The translations under genes were made by a program, and so were the position numbers. Positions 12,740-26,029 of a stretch of 64,000 bases of DNA are shown here, in pieces. Each line of letters starts with the position of its first letter. Within the stretch, counting starts at the first letter, position 1. Source of the stretch: Octopus sinensis (lineage: Eukaryota); NCBI RefSeq assembly GCF_006345805.1, contig NC_043002.1:1612001-1676000 (forward strand), given 5' to 3'. The notes beneath the pieces are model-generated. The model saw only the letters and a list, made by a program, of their open reading frames with translations, did not search any database and was not told the origin of the DNA.

Positions 12740-14474
12740 TGGGCAATTATGGAGTGAATTTTAGGGATTATAAATCTAATATTTTTCTATCCTTCCTTAA
12801 TACCGGTTCCCATATGTTGCTCATATCTGCACTCAGTCTGCTTAGGAGGTTGTTGTGTCCTAGCATATGTGCCGCTTCTTTTAGTTTTCATATTTTCCAG
12901 TGGTGTTCTCTGTCTATTATTTCAACTTCATCCCACAAGGGATCATACATGATCAGCTATACCCGATTTTTCAATATCTCGTGTCACAGCTTTGCGATGT
13001 TCGTCTACGCTTATTTTGAGGGGGCGGCATGTTTCGCCTTTGTAAAAACCTACCACAGCTGCATGGGATGGAGTACACACAGTCTTTGGTCATATTCTCT
13101 TCTATTGGTGGTTTTACTCGAAGGAAATATTTGCGAAGTGTTGTATTAATCTTGAATACTGTCCTGATGTCATATGGGCCGCATATCTTTTGTATCTTTT
13201 CGGAGAAGCCTTTCACAAAAGGTAGACAGACTGTGGACAGTTTATTGGCCTCATCCTCTCACTTCTTCATAATTGGAGTGGAGAGTATACTTTTGGGGTA
13301 GTTGTTCCTTAATAGATTGTTACTGAGCTTGATCATTTCTTCGTGGTGTGTATCACGATCCCTACTTATATTCTTTGCACGATGTTTTCGGCACTGAGAA
13401 ATCTCTCTTTTTACACTGTATGGATGGTGGGAATTGAAGTTGAAGTATCGTCCAGTAAATGTCGGCTTGCGGTATACGGATGTCCTGAATCCATACATGG
13501 TGCATGTTATTTGATTTCAAGATGAGGACAAATATCCGTCGAATGTAAATAATTTAAATAATGTACATAATTCCTCATCTCTTAAATATAGAACTGTTAC
13601 AAATAATGTTTTTAAAAAAAGTTGTATTAACAGGTTCAATGAAGTCGCGCGGTGGTGGGGGACGGACGGCTTCATTTCATTAATAATTTTATCTAATTCA
13701 TCATTTTTTACTGTCCCCACCATATGCTGTCTTCTCTTATGTTAGCCCCACCCCCTCGTCTGACCAATAAAAGAAAGTCAGTGGTAGTAAAGAGCCAAAA
13801 ATAAACACAGAGCAGATACGAACGCAGACAAAAATATTACTAACACAAACAGCAAAACAAAGCCCCCAAAATAATACTGAATATTCTACACAAGCAACAC
13901 ACAGCAAGGACAAAAAAAAATACAAAAATAAAATAACTGTTCAAAAACATGTTCAATGATATTATCTGGAGTGCGGGGTTCGAGTTAACGTCGTTCCAGT
14001 TTTTCATTTTTGATTCCCATTCTTTTCATTCGTTTTTATTTTTCCCTACTTCTGTGTTTTGTCTGTCCTTGTTTGTCCCCCTGTGTTAGACCTCGTGTGG
14101 CCAAATAAAGAAATACAGTAGTAGTAGTAGTAGTAATAGTAGTAGTAGTAGTAGTAGTAGTAGTCGTACGAGTTCTCAGTTGAAGTCATCGTCAGTTACG
14201 TAATAGATACGAGTTCGAATTACTGTCAAGGTAGACGTGTCAGCGATAGCACAATAGACAATAATAAGATTCGGAATACCACCACACCATAATAGTGGAG
14301 ACAGGAATCTTACAGTGCTGATGACAACATACAAATGGACGAGGATCCACCTGATAACCTGTATAATCGAATATGAAATCTGCATTAATACAGAGGAGAG
14401 TAACGGCGGCAAAAGTGAAAACTGCACAAGTGAGAAGAATGGGTGAGAGCAAACCCGGATTATTTGATTTCAGA

Positions 14475-14679
14475 TTTTGGTACAAGGCTAGCAATTTGGG
14501 TGGAGGCTGGTGATTCGATTAAACCGACCCCACTGTTCAACTGGTGCTACATTAACGACCCCACAAGGATCACAGGCCATGCCGACATCGACGGAATTTG
14601 AACTCAGAACACAAAGACAGACGAAATGCCGCCAAGCATTTTGGTCGGCGTGCTAACGATTGTGCCAGCGCGCCGCCTT
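14475..14679 (-). mobile_element. tRNA-derived SINE (family 1, older copy)
   Basis: Reverse complement of the GGCGGCGAGCTGGCAG...GAGTTCAAATTCCGCCGAGGTCGAC head that recurs throughout the window. Confidence 0.85.
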
Positions 14680-15839
14680 CTATGTTGTAGTATATTGGCA
14701 TCAGTTATAAGGACAAGAATTTTATCCTTCATGAACTAACATTGTTACGAATTATTTGAAACTGAAATAAAAGACAGAGCTAAAATGATCGTTGTGTATT
14801 GCCTGATGAATGTAGATGCAGGCATAACGATGTGGTCAAGACGTGTCATGCTCGTTCTCCCAAGTAACGCATGCCCACTGGATGCTCTACTACAGCTTAA
14901 GCGATTTAAGTATGATTTCTAGCAAATAAACATATCACATAGCTGCTCCCTTGCTGACACTCCACAGTTCCTCGCTTTGTGGTAACTCATGAATACTTAT
15001 TGTTTATCTTGCTTTTGCTGTTTTGTTTTATATTTTAGATTCAGGTCTGTCATATTTATAGGAAAGCATTACCTTCATTTATTCAGCCAAATTCTCAGGG
15101 ACTTCGACAAGAATTGAATGCGGGACACGGCACATACAATGTAAAATGTATTCTATTGTTAGCCATTCACTTCATTAAAGTTTGTTATAAAATGAAAAAA
15201 ACTGAATGAAATGTCGCGCGACTCTGAAGAAAAAGAACTAATAAAATTCGCCATTTTGTACTTTCTTTATCAACTTGCCAGTTTTCGCCACTTAAAAAAG
15301 AAAAAAGAAAAAAAAAACAGGAAATCTAGTTTTTGTCAGTTTTGTTAAGACCAACTCTCTTTATGATTTCCAGTTATTTGAAATATATTCTTTCAGCAAA
15401 CAATTCAAATTTTTCTCAGCCGGTAACAGAGGAGAAGCACAAAACAAATATGAATATAGTCTTATATTTATGTATTGAGAATCCTCACAAAAATTTGTAT
15501 CTTATTCAGAAAAGTAGAAAATTTCATAAAAATGAAATTTTTGATTTTTGGATGATTTTAACCTTCGTATTATATTAAAATATTGATTGACGTTAACCGA
15601 CGTGGGACAAAGTTCGTCACAAAAGAAATTCTGCAAACTTAGTAAAAGACAACTTAATTGGATAAAGAAGATCGTAGCATGTATGTAGCATAAGATAAAC
15701 GATAGGTGGAGATGAAGTGATCCTACATTGTATTAGCCTCTGGTGGGTAATAAAAGAAATAGTTCCTACACTGTATTTGAAATTCCCCCCATTTAAAAGG
15801 GGGAAAACATCGTTTAGTTTAATTATAATGCATGTTAGC

Positions 15840-16070
15840 AGGCGGCGAGCTGGCAGAAACGTTGGCACGCCGGGCGAAATGCGTAGCCGTATTTCGTCTG
15901 CCGTTGCGCTCTAAGTTCAAATTCCGCCGAGGTCGACTTTGCCTTTCATCCTTTCGGGGTCGATAAATAAAGTTCCAGTTCCGCACTGGGGTCGATATAA
16001 TCGACTTAATCCCTTTGTCTGCCCTTGTTTGTCTCCTCTATGTTTAGCCCCTTGTGGGCAATAAAGAAAT
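15840..16070 (+). mobile_element. tRNA-derived SINE (family 1)
   Basis: A box GGCGAGCTGG, B box GTTCAAATTCC, body CCTTTCATCCTTTCGGGGTCGAT, tail TTTAGCCCCTTGTGGGCAATAAAGAAAT. Near-identical to 49953-50185. Confidence 0.92.
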
Positions 16071-16479
16071 ATATATTGCATGTTAGTTCAAAGATGTCAG
16101 ACACACTGGAATGTCGAGATAGGATTGAAACAATTTAGATCACGCAAGCTAGATTAAAACATAAACTAGATTCCGAGGCCGACTTTGCCTTTCATTCTTT
16201 AGTGGTTGATAAAGCACCACTCGAAAACTAGAGTTGATGTAATCGACCACCCCCCTCCCTCAAAATTTCAGGTCACCCTTAAAATTGCTGGCCTAGAGAC
16301 AACATTTGGAACCACACTTTTTAACATTGTTGTTGTTATGATGATGATAATGATATTTGGATTTTGCTATGTGTTTGAACGAGCTGAGTCCAAGTCTTAC
16401 CCCGACACACTGAGCGAGAGTACGTTATAAAGTTCAAAAGGGTATTATGGCTAGGTTAGTTGATAATTGACATGTTTAG

Positions 16480-17280
16480 GAGGAGGAAATTAGTTCGGTG
16501 AGAGGGTCACATGTTTTAATTGTGAAACCTTGGATTCATGAGACGTACTGTTTGGGAAAATGTGCTTTTGATAATATTTGAGAACAGATTTTGGAACTAT
16601 ATAGAAAGTATTTATTGTGGGACATGAGTAGTCCCCATGAGTACCAGTTTTTGAATTTCTTCCATTTTGGGACTCTTTAGGATTTGCGATACGCAATTTT
16701 TCTATTATTACTAACGCGGTTACAATCACAGATATTGTTCTAGACTTGAGCTTCCGTAATTTACCAATTTCTATTTCAAGATCTTTACATTTGCTCATCT
16801 TGTTTAAGCTCTCACCAGTCTCTTTGATGGGGTGGGTCTAGGTCTTTATAAAAATTACCCAGGAGATATTCTGTGCAGCTCTCTTCTGCGCACTGAGATC
16901 CTCTGAAGATACAAGAAAGCAACACGTGAAGAAATATATAATTAATGGTTTCAGGTGGTCATTTGCTCACCCAACATTTTGGGGCTTCTGCCGTTCTTTA
17001 AGATGCTGTCTTGAAAGCTTCTTACAGGTAGGCATTGATCCTGGTTTTGTATGATAAACCCTGCTGTCTCTAAATTTAGGCCAGAGAGCACAAACCACAT
17101 TCTTAGCACTTTTTGGGTATTTACCACGAAGTGGTTTTTTCCTGCCATTTGCCGATAATATTAATTAAATCCGTGTTTCTAGCAATGGTTTTTATGTGTT
17201 CTGCTTTTTATGCGTTTGTTCTATGTTAATCTAATTCCGGAAATTGTTGTACTTGGAATTCTTTTGAATATGTTTCTGCC
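16480..17280 (-). mobile_element. R4/Dong-like (RLE) non-LTR retrotransposon fragments
   Basis: SKCKDLEIEIGKL..ISVIVTAL (RLE C-terminus) and SGLNLETAGFII..QDQCLP..ILKN (region before the zinc knuckle). Confidence 0.7.
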
Positions 17281-17345
17281 TCTGATAAATTTTCTTGGTC
17301 TCTTTTTTAGTGTTCCTTTCTTCATCTAATCTCACCTATTTTTTC

Positions 17346-17346
<1 letters not shown>

Positions 17347-17379
<33 letters not shown>

Positions 17380-17392
17380 GTTATCATTATTA

Positions 17393-17424
<32 letters not shown>

Positions 17425-17500
17425 GTTATCATTATTATTATTATTATTGTTGTCATTACTATCATTATTATTATTATTATTGTTATCATTATTATCATTA

Positions 17501-17541
<41 letters not shown>
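17347..17541. repeat. (TTA)n microsatellite with TCA/TTG variants
   Basis: Direct reading of the sequence. Confidence 0.95.
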
Positions 17542-17554
17542 TTACAAAAAAAAA

Positions 17555-18175
17555 GAGGTCGTATTGGATGAAGAAAGGAACACTAAAATAAAGAGATCGA
17601 GAGCCCTACAGTGGCAGCACAAGACCAGGCTTTTACCACGAACTGGAAGCTGGACATTAGGAATGAGCAAGTGTCTCCGCTGTGCCGCATCTGCAATAGA
17701 GTGGATGAAACCATTGTTCATATCACGAACTTATTATTATAATTATTTCCTTTTTATCTCTGTCAGTCTGAATGTTAAAGTCTTATATCTTTCTAGTACT
17801 TTCCAGTACTTTACTACGTCCATGTTCATACCATTTCTCAGTATGTTCAAATCCTAACCTTGTACATAACTACCATTGGATTACTCTCCCTAGATTGTCA
17901 TGTCTTTTCTTGTATTCTTTCTGAGCCAGCATGCTACATTCACTTAATATATGAGTAACGCTTTCCGTTTTTGATTTGTATCATCTACATAGTTGTTGTC
18001 TATCTTGGCTTTTATCCAATTAATCTTTAATGCTTGATCTTGTGGTGTTACTAACAAACTTTCTGCTCCCCTTTTCAACCTTCCTTTCCGCAACCATGAC
18101 CATGTCTTATTGCTATTATTTGCTGCAACTATCTTTGGGAAGCTACCAGGAGAAGTCTTCTTCCTACCCCTCAAA
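17555..18175. mobile_element. Two R4/Dong-like fragments in opposite orientation
   Basis: Plus strand ~17555-17730: YWMKKGTLK..AAQDQAFTTNW..EQVSPLCRICNRVDETIVHI. Minus strand 17944-18174: TWSWLRKGRLKRGAESLLVTPQDQALKINWIKAKID. Confidence 0.75.
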
Positions 18176-18573
18176 TTTTCTGGTTTTTAACTTGTGTTGT
18201 TTTTGAAGGAGTGTTGCAGAGTAGCGTGTGTCAATCATAAATCGACCATTTCATAGTATTCATGGTTATCTGTCTATCGTTCTTTGTTTTGGTCGGTTTT
18301 GTTATGGGTTTGTCTTTACAGCGTTTACTTTTTGACAGAACACCGCCCACGATCAAGTATTGATTTTTTTTCGTATTTATAATTATTATTGACGTATAAG
18401 CGAGAAACCGAGAGTTATGTGCAGTTATGTGCGTATATAAAAAGGAATTGTATAAATATGGATGCATAGGTAATTAAGATTTTAAATTTTAAATTTTACT
18501 CACAGGTTTGCAGTCCATGTGTTTACATTTCCACGCACATGTTGCTGCAGCGGCGCATCCGAGGTAAGCTATT

Positions 18574-18628
<55 letters not shown>

Positions 18629-19059
18629 ATATATATGTATATATATACTCCATATAGAAACATCTTTCGTTTTCTAGAGATGGCTTACATTAAAACATAC
18701 TTTTCTCTCGTTGTTTTCGCAGATTATTAATTCCTGCTTCTTCACAGTTTCAAATTGAATCTATTTTCCCCAGCAGCTTGCTCTCACACTTCCATGTTGT
18801 TTGCCACCCGCTGTGTTATTCTATTTACTGTTTGAGTTTATTCCTGTATGTTTTTGGAGGAGCGTGGCATAGTAGTGTGTGTGTGTAAATCATAAATCAA
18901 CCAATTCATAGTATTCATGTTATCTGTTCATCGTTGTTTTTTTTTTTTGGTGGGTTTTGTTATGAGTTCGTCTTTACAGCGTTTACTTTTTGACAAAACA
19001 CCGCCCATGGACATGTGTTGATTTTTCTTTCGTATTTATAATAATCTTTTTCCTTCGTA

Positions 19060-19272
19060 ATACAGAGTAGGTAAAACCGGACCGGTATCTTTAGTCATCT
19101 GTCAAGTAACAAAAAGGACCTCAGACAGATAATACTTTCCTTAAGGTGTGTCCTGTGCCCAATAAGGTTGCTTTTGACAAGACATCAATCTGGCATGGGA
19201 TTTCCAGTTGCCTTAAGAAGTTTTGAAGTTTCAATGGGATTGCGCCCCGATGCTCTGATCACCAATGTTGTC
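19060..19272 (-). mobile_element. R4/Dong-like RLE 3' end fragment
   Basis: Minus strand: LVIRASG..IP..FLRQLEIP..IDVLSKATLLGTGHTLRKVLSV*, the typical RLE-LINE terminal motif. Confidence 0.7.
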
Positions 19273-19273
<1 letters not shown>

Positions 19274-19303
<30 letters not shown>

Positions 19304-19371
19304 CTTCTTCTTCTTCTTCTTCTTCTTCTTCTTCTTCTTCGTCTTCTTCTTCTTCTTCTTCTTCTTCTCTT

Positions 19372-19445
<74 letters not shown>

Positions 19446-19447
19446 CA
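19274..19447. repeat. Compound (TTC)n(TTA)n microsatellite
   Basis: Direct reading of the sequence. Confidence 0.97.
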
Positions 19448-20103
19448 TCAATTATAAGTATAATGCTGCGAGATGGTCGAATATTTAGCCCGTACGATAA
19501 AAATCTTCCCGGACCTAAAAAAATTCAGCCCTTGTGCCTATAGCAGAAAGAATTATTATTATTGTTGTTGTTGTTGTTGCAAATGTGTTGTTTTCAATTA
19601 TTTTTTCTTAGAATAGAATCAATAAATAATAACGAATCAATAAAGTCGAATTGTAAATGAGAGAGAAATACATCTGCATTACAATATTGAGAATTCTTTT
19701 CAATTTCATAAATTCCAATTTAGTTCACAATAGTTAATTACCACAATTAGAAATACTATCATTATAAACTCATTCTCTCTTCTTTTCCACTGTTTTCTCG
19801 TCTGCAATGGAGAACAATAATGAAATCATAAGATCTTTACAATCACACAATTTATTGTTCGACTCGTTTCCATATTATTTTCTTGTCTCACATTCGGCTG
19901 AATTCAATGTATGCCACGACGACGACTACCGTCACTCATTAACTACAAGTGATGTCGATCTGCAACTGGCTTTCAATGTGATGGAGTCTCAAATTAATTA
20001 GGACATTCCCTCACAAGTTATCCATGTAAGACATATACATACATGCATACATACATACGTTCATACACACACACACATATATATACATATATACATACAT
20101 TCA

Positions 20104-20142
<39 letters not shown>

Positions 20143-22816
20143 ATATATATATAATGAAAGTAGCTAGTCGTATATATACACATACATACATACATACATA
20201 CATACATACATACAGCCTGTCGTATATATATACATACATACATACATACATACTTATATATATATATATATATACAATTATGTATGTGTATATGTTCGTG
20301 TGTATGTGTTTGTTCCCCACCATCGCTTGACAACCGATGTTGGTATGTTTACATCTCCGTAACTTAACGGTTCGGCAAAAGAGAGCGATAGAATAAGTAT
20401 TATGCTTACCAATCATAATACCTGCAAGAACATAAATTGCGCTAAAAATGAGAACGGAAAGAGTTTGGAACAAAAATGTTTAGAATTGCCGCAAAGAAAC
20501 CGAAATAAACTCACTTTATATTGATTGGGAAGAACAAGAATTAAGAAATAGACAACAACCAAATATATTACTTTCGTCTTTGAAGTTAAAGGGGTAGAAA
20601 ATAGATTGTGATAAAACCACCCCGAATTAATTTCAATTTTATCGGGTTCGCAGAGAAAGTCATTTGCTATCCAAGAAATATAAAACTAGCAAACAATTTT
20701 CTGAAGCAAAAAAATAAATCAATTAAATGTGACATTATCAGGAATATTAGAAATGTTTGTAATGTAATTGCTCTTCATAATATTAACTGATGTATATGTT
20801 AGTTGGATGGCTTCCCCGTTCCTACTTTACATCCTACAAAGAGGGTGTGATCGATTAAAATAGAAAGGTAACACAGGAGACACTGGAAGATCAAACAAAA
20901 TATTTGATGAGTGTTGAAGTCTGCCAAACATTCAAACAAAAACCTATACAGCCATTCACAATACGTTGCGGCAAACACGAACGTGGATACCTAAAAGCTT
21001 TTGTATTTAGGCTTCGGAGAACACTTCTTCCCTTTTCACGGTGTATGTTATGACCATACGTGGTACATTGACGGAAGGAGACTCAGAGACTCTGAGATTT
21101 AATCTGCTAGAACGTAATGACACTGAATAAATATGTTATTCTTTTGACTCTTGGTGTTCGGTTGAACAATTTTGGAACGTATTCAGTACAAAAGTTAAAA
21201 GGTATAAAATATTATTTCAATAGAATTCTAAATTCTAAAATTCAAGTTGAGATATCTAAATTTTCGTGGTATTATCAATGATAGGAGTAGATGTAAAAAT
21301 ACTTTTGCAAATATTTTACGGAAATATAAAAAAAAAACATTATCTTTCGCCCACTCAAATGATTTTCAATTGTGCAATGTTTGTTGGGGTTTTATAATCT
21401 CTCAAATGCAGCCGAACAGCCACTTCTTATCTCATTCGTGCATGATGGCTCATTATCCCAGTTGGAATACAATATAAATATATATCCACATTGGAGAACG
21501 TCTGCTTATTACTATGTCGGGCGTGAGTTTTTCAATTTTCTTCAGCGGTTGTGGTTGAAATCATATACAATGGATCTGAAATACATTGTTTAAGGAAGTA
21601 ATACTCCATTCCGTGATACGCTTTAGGCAAACCAGTTAAACGCTTTGTATGCTGTGCGTCGAAATACTATAATAGTTTTCGATTATTTATTAATGAGAGG
21701 GTTTCTGCAAATAATGTCCCATTTTTTCCTTTTGCACATAAATTGCAAGTATTTCTACCTCCAAAGGAAGCTCCTTTGATTTTGCTATATTCAGTAGCAT
21801 ATTGTGTATGATTAATTTTCAGATGCAGTAGATACATTCTTATAGATTTTCGAGAAGGTAAATATTTAAACGAAATTGGGCTTAATTGACTAACACAGTA
21901 TCTTTATAACATCTTGTTCCTTTGCATCTCACAATATCCACAGAAAGTGTAATACACAAAACAGACACACACACAGAGTTATATATATATATATGTGTGT
22001 GTGTAGAAACGCTCAAAAGGTTATATTCATATCACCTTATTCACCCATACATAATGAATTAATTCGCATAAAACAGATCAGAGCTCAACTGCAAATGAAA
22101 CTGTTGAGAAACTAACAGACTTGTTTTGTGATCGTAAGCGACATGTTTATGGCAATGTTTTTAAAATACACTTCTGAAATCATTTAATAAACATTTGGTG
22201 TAATTAAGGAATTAACTTAGTTCATTAGCACAAAATAGTATATTGTTCAAATTGAAGACTATGTGTTGCTCTATCATTAAATGACCTTCGAGATATCTGC
22301 GTATTCATCTCTTCATACTGGGTTACACACACATACTCATATTCACACACTACAAACACACACACATATGTACATATCTTTCATTTTTTTACTTGTTTCA
22401 GTAATTAGACTGCGGTCATACTGGAGCACCGCCTTGAAAATTTTCTACTCGAATGAATCGAACCCAACACTTGCTCTTTTTAAACCTATACTTATTCTAT
22501 CGGTGTCCCTTGCCGAAAACACACCGACACCAGTTATCAAGCGGTTGGGGGACAAACACAGACACAGATATGCAAATACTCACGCACATATATATGTTAT
22601 ACACAAAGGTACACGATGGGATTCTTTCAATTTCCGTCTAACAAATCTATTCACAAGGCTTTGGTCAACCCGAGGCTACAGTAGAAGAAACTGTGATTGC
22701 GAAGCAAATTTCTTATCACACAGTCATACCCGTGTCTATATATATTATACACACACGACACAGACACATATATCTATGTATATACAGACATATATATATA
22801 TAAATATATATGATAT

Positions 22817-22859
<43 letters not shown>

Positions 22860-23000
22860 AATATATGTGTGTGTGTATATATATATATATATATGAATAG
22901 GTATATATATATATATATAATGTATATAATATATATATATATATGAATATGTATATATATATATATATGAATATGTATATATATATATATATATATAAAT

Positions 23001-23032
<32 letters not shown>

Positions 23033-23230
23033 AATGTATATATATATATGCATATATATCTATATACATACATATATATAAATATATATCTATATACATA
23101 CATATATATAAATATATATATGCATATATATATGTGTGTGAAATTTGATTTAGTATTTAGTATTTAGTATTTAGTATTTCCTTGTAAGTTAGGAATAATA
23201 TTCCCTCAAATTATTAGTATTATTATTATT

Positions 23231-23773
23231 GAGTGAGAGAGCAGTTCATGCCATCAAAGTGACACTGGGGTAAAATATACGAAGCCCAATATACCCATCA
23301 TGACTACCCGTCTGATAAAGGTACACCAGGCACATGCATCACAACCATATGTGCGCGACATGGTGATCTCATATCAAGATAAACAGCACATAACCTTGCA
23401 GGTGGGGCCCAGTTAGAAATTTCTTCAGGTTGAGTAGCCCATCCCGCTCAAACGGTCCCTGAATAAGGGTTGTTTAAGGATGTTGAAAGAACCACCCATG
23501 TTCCAGAGGTGAACTATTCAAACCCTAAAGAATCCTCTCAACACATGGCTATGATGCTCCCCCACTACTTCTGCTCGTGATCAGAGATGCACATATCGTC
23601 AGCCACTAAGGGACATGCTCAACTGGTTAAGGTCAAACAACTGACAAGCAAATCTGTGGTATTGAGCAGAATATTTGCTGTAGCCCATCTTTTATACCAA
23701 GACAAAACAATGTACATGATAACACTTCCAATCAGTTAAGATCAGAAGCCATGAGAGCCACTGCCTGGTACTG

Positions 23774-23775
<2 letters not shown>
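23231..23775. mobile_element. Interspersed repeat embedded in (TAA)n/(TTA)n, possibly the 3' UTR of a microsatellite-targeting RLE (Dong-like) element
   Basis: A sharply bounded, balanced-GC 545-bp block with TTA repeats on both sides. The family assignment is an inference. Confidence 0.45.
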
Positions 23776-23833
<58 letters not shown>

Positions 23834-24173
23834 CATCATGATATATATATACATATATATATGTATATATATATATCTTTGCGGGGTCGATTAAATCAGT
23901 ACCAGTTACCCACTGAGGTCGATATAATCGACTTAATCCTTTTGTTTGCCGCCTCTGTGTGTAGTCCCTTGTGGGCAGTAAAAGAAAGAAATATATATAT
24001 ATATATATATATATATTATGTGAATAGAAAGATGAATATCTTGTAGTAGATTAATAGTTAACCGATACCTAGTAGAAAATCACAGCAGTGAACAGCACGT
24101 TGGAGGTCAACCATCTGGCGTTGCAACCGTGCGTTGGTGCGGATATTGAAATTAAAATTTCTTCAATTCACCA

Positions 24174-24218
<45 letters not shown>

Positions 24219-25941
24219 ATATATATACATATATATATGTGTGTGTGTGTGTAGTCTGTATGAAAGAAAATAAGACTCAAAACCTGGGTATATACGTACA
24301 TATTTTTTCGGCAGCTGTTACAGTTGTTATAGTCAATGAAGTTTTTTGACAAGAGTCAATGCTGGAAACTCTCGGTCCTTTAGTTACTTCATAACTTGTC
24401 CCATCAAATAATTGATATACGAGCATTAATATGTGTGTGTTTGTGTGTGTGTGTGGGTGTGTGGGGGAGGTGTAAACCAGGTTTCGACTTGCTCACCTTC
24501 ATCATTGTGATGAACGCAAGCAAGCTGAAATTTAGAAGACACTCTCAAAGTTTCCTTCGTAGAAGGTAATGGATGCACATACAAAACACACACGCTTTGA
24601 AATATCGATATATATATACATACACACACACACACACACACACGCACACGAACATATATATATATATAATAATATATGTATACATGTGTATGTATGTATA
24701 TATGTATGTGTATATATATATACAGATATAGATATAAATATATGTATGTATGTGTGTGTGTGTACGCATACGTTATGTTTATGCATTCAAATGTGCAGCT
24801 ATGTGCGTGGTGTTGTGTGGTGTTGTGTGAGAAGGGAATGGACGCAATCGCACGCATTCAACAAGCAAAAGAAATGGTGAATAGTGAAAGTTAAGTATTC
24901 ATTGATTGGTGGGTTTAAATTTAAAATGTCCGCCTATTATAACTAAAAGCAATTATCAAAATTACTTTATGCCTATTTAACAGGAAATCAATAGCTTTTA
25001 TTGCTAATGTATTTCCCTTTATTGTGTGACGTATATTTTTCTGTGCATGTGTATGTGAATGCGTGTGCATCCATACACTTGTGTGTTGTGTGTACGCGTA
25101 TTTGTTATACTTGCACATATGCGAACGAGTATGTGTGTGATTGTGTGTGAGTTTGTGTGTCTGTGTGCGTAACGATTTTCAGATCAGTGCTACAATCAAA
25201 TTTTGGTCCATTGACAGAATTTTCTTGAAATTAACTCCCCACCACCACCACCACCACCACCACCACCACCACCACCACCACCACCATTTTGTCATGGCCA
25301 GTTCACCCCCCCCTCTTTGTGTCACTAATAAGTACAATAATCTGTTCACAGATTAGGAAATGGTTAATGGATCAACTTGACGATAAACGTCACACTTTTT
25401 CCTGTGAGTTGATCTTTGCGAATCTCAACCAGAGACTTGGAGACTCCTCAAGCTATTTTGCTTTTATTATTCCCGGACATATTATCACATCCAGCTGCTT
25501 TTTCGATAATTTCCCATTATTTCGTTTATTAACGTTATTTATTACATTCTCTTTAACAGTAACGACAATGTAATCAATTAATTCTTCTCGACTGTGAAGC
25601 TTGTTTATTCCGCCAATTACTTGATTGTCACGTGACGCTAACTGAGATGACAGATCGTTGAAGCGTCGGAAAAAAATTCTCTTCCGTTACAGAAGGTGTT
25701 GCTGTCTGCTATGGTTTTGGGTTCACTTCCACTGCGTGGCACCATAAGTAAGCATCGTCTACTATAGCCCTGTACTGATCTTGTGAGAGGGTTTGGCAGA
25801 AACTGAAAGTAGCCCGTTACATATATGTCTGTCTGTCTGTATATATGTGTGTATGTATGTATGTATGTATGTATGTATGTATGTATGTATGTATGTATGT
25901 ATGTATGTATGTATGTATGTATGTGAATGTATGTATGTATG

Positions 25942-25972
<31 letters not shown>

Positions 25973-25976
25973 GAGC

Positions 25977-26029
<53 letters not shown>

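Larger units (their letters stand above)
12501..13596 (-). mobile_element. 5'-truncated Penelope (Poseidon-like) element with an inverted pLTR fragment
   Basis: RT thumb FRTSVYRKPTFTGRYFNFNSHHP...NNYP, linker CLPFVKGFSEKIQKI, and GIY-YIG CVYSIPCSCGRFYKGET...EH. 12505-12539 is an inverted repeat of 13518-13552. Confidence 0.92.
10983..14165 (+). mobile_element. ORF1-only (gag-like, CCHC knuckle) non-autonomous retroelement, copy B, interrupted by a PLE insertion
   Basis: Broken ORF from 11115 with RGRKFGTLEV...LRIRVAGRILRCYKCDPKGYIRADCP. The 3' UTR (13800-14115) is similar to 10640-10975 and ends in (GTA)n. Confidence 0.7.

Noticed and set aside
15001-15145. Polypyrimidine tract plus AG followed by a short open frame (possible exon)
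   Set aside because: Weak donor, unrecognisable peptide and no supporting neighbouring exons.
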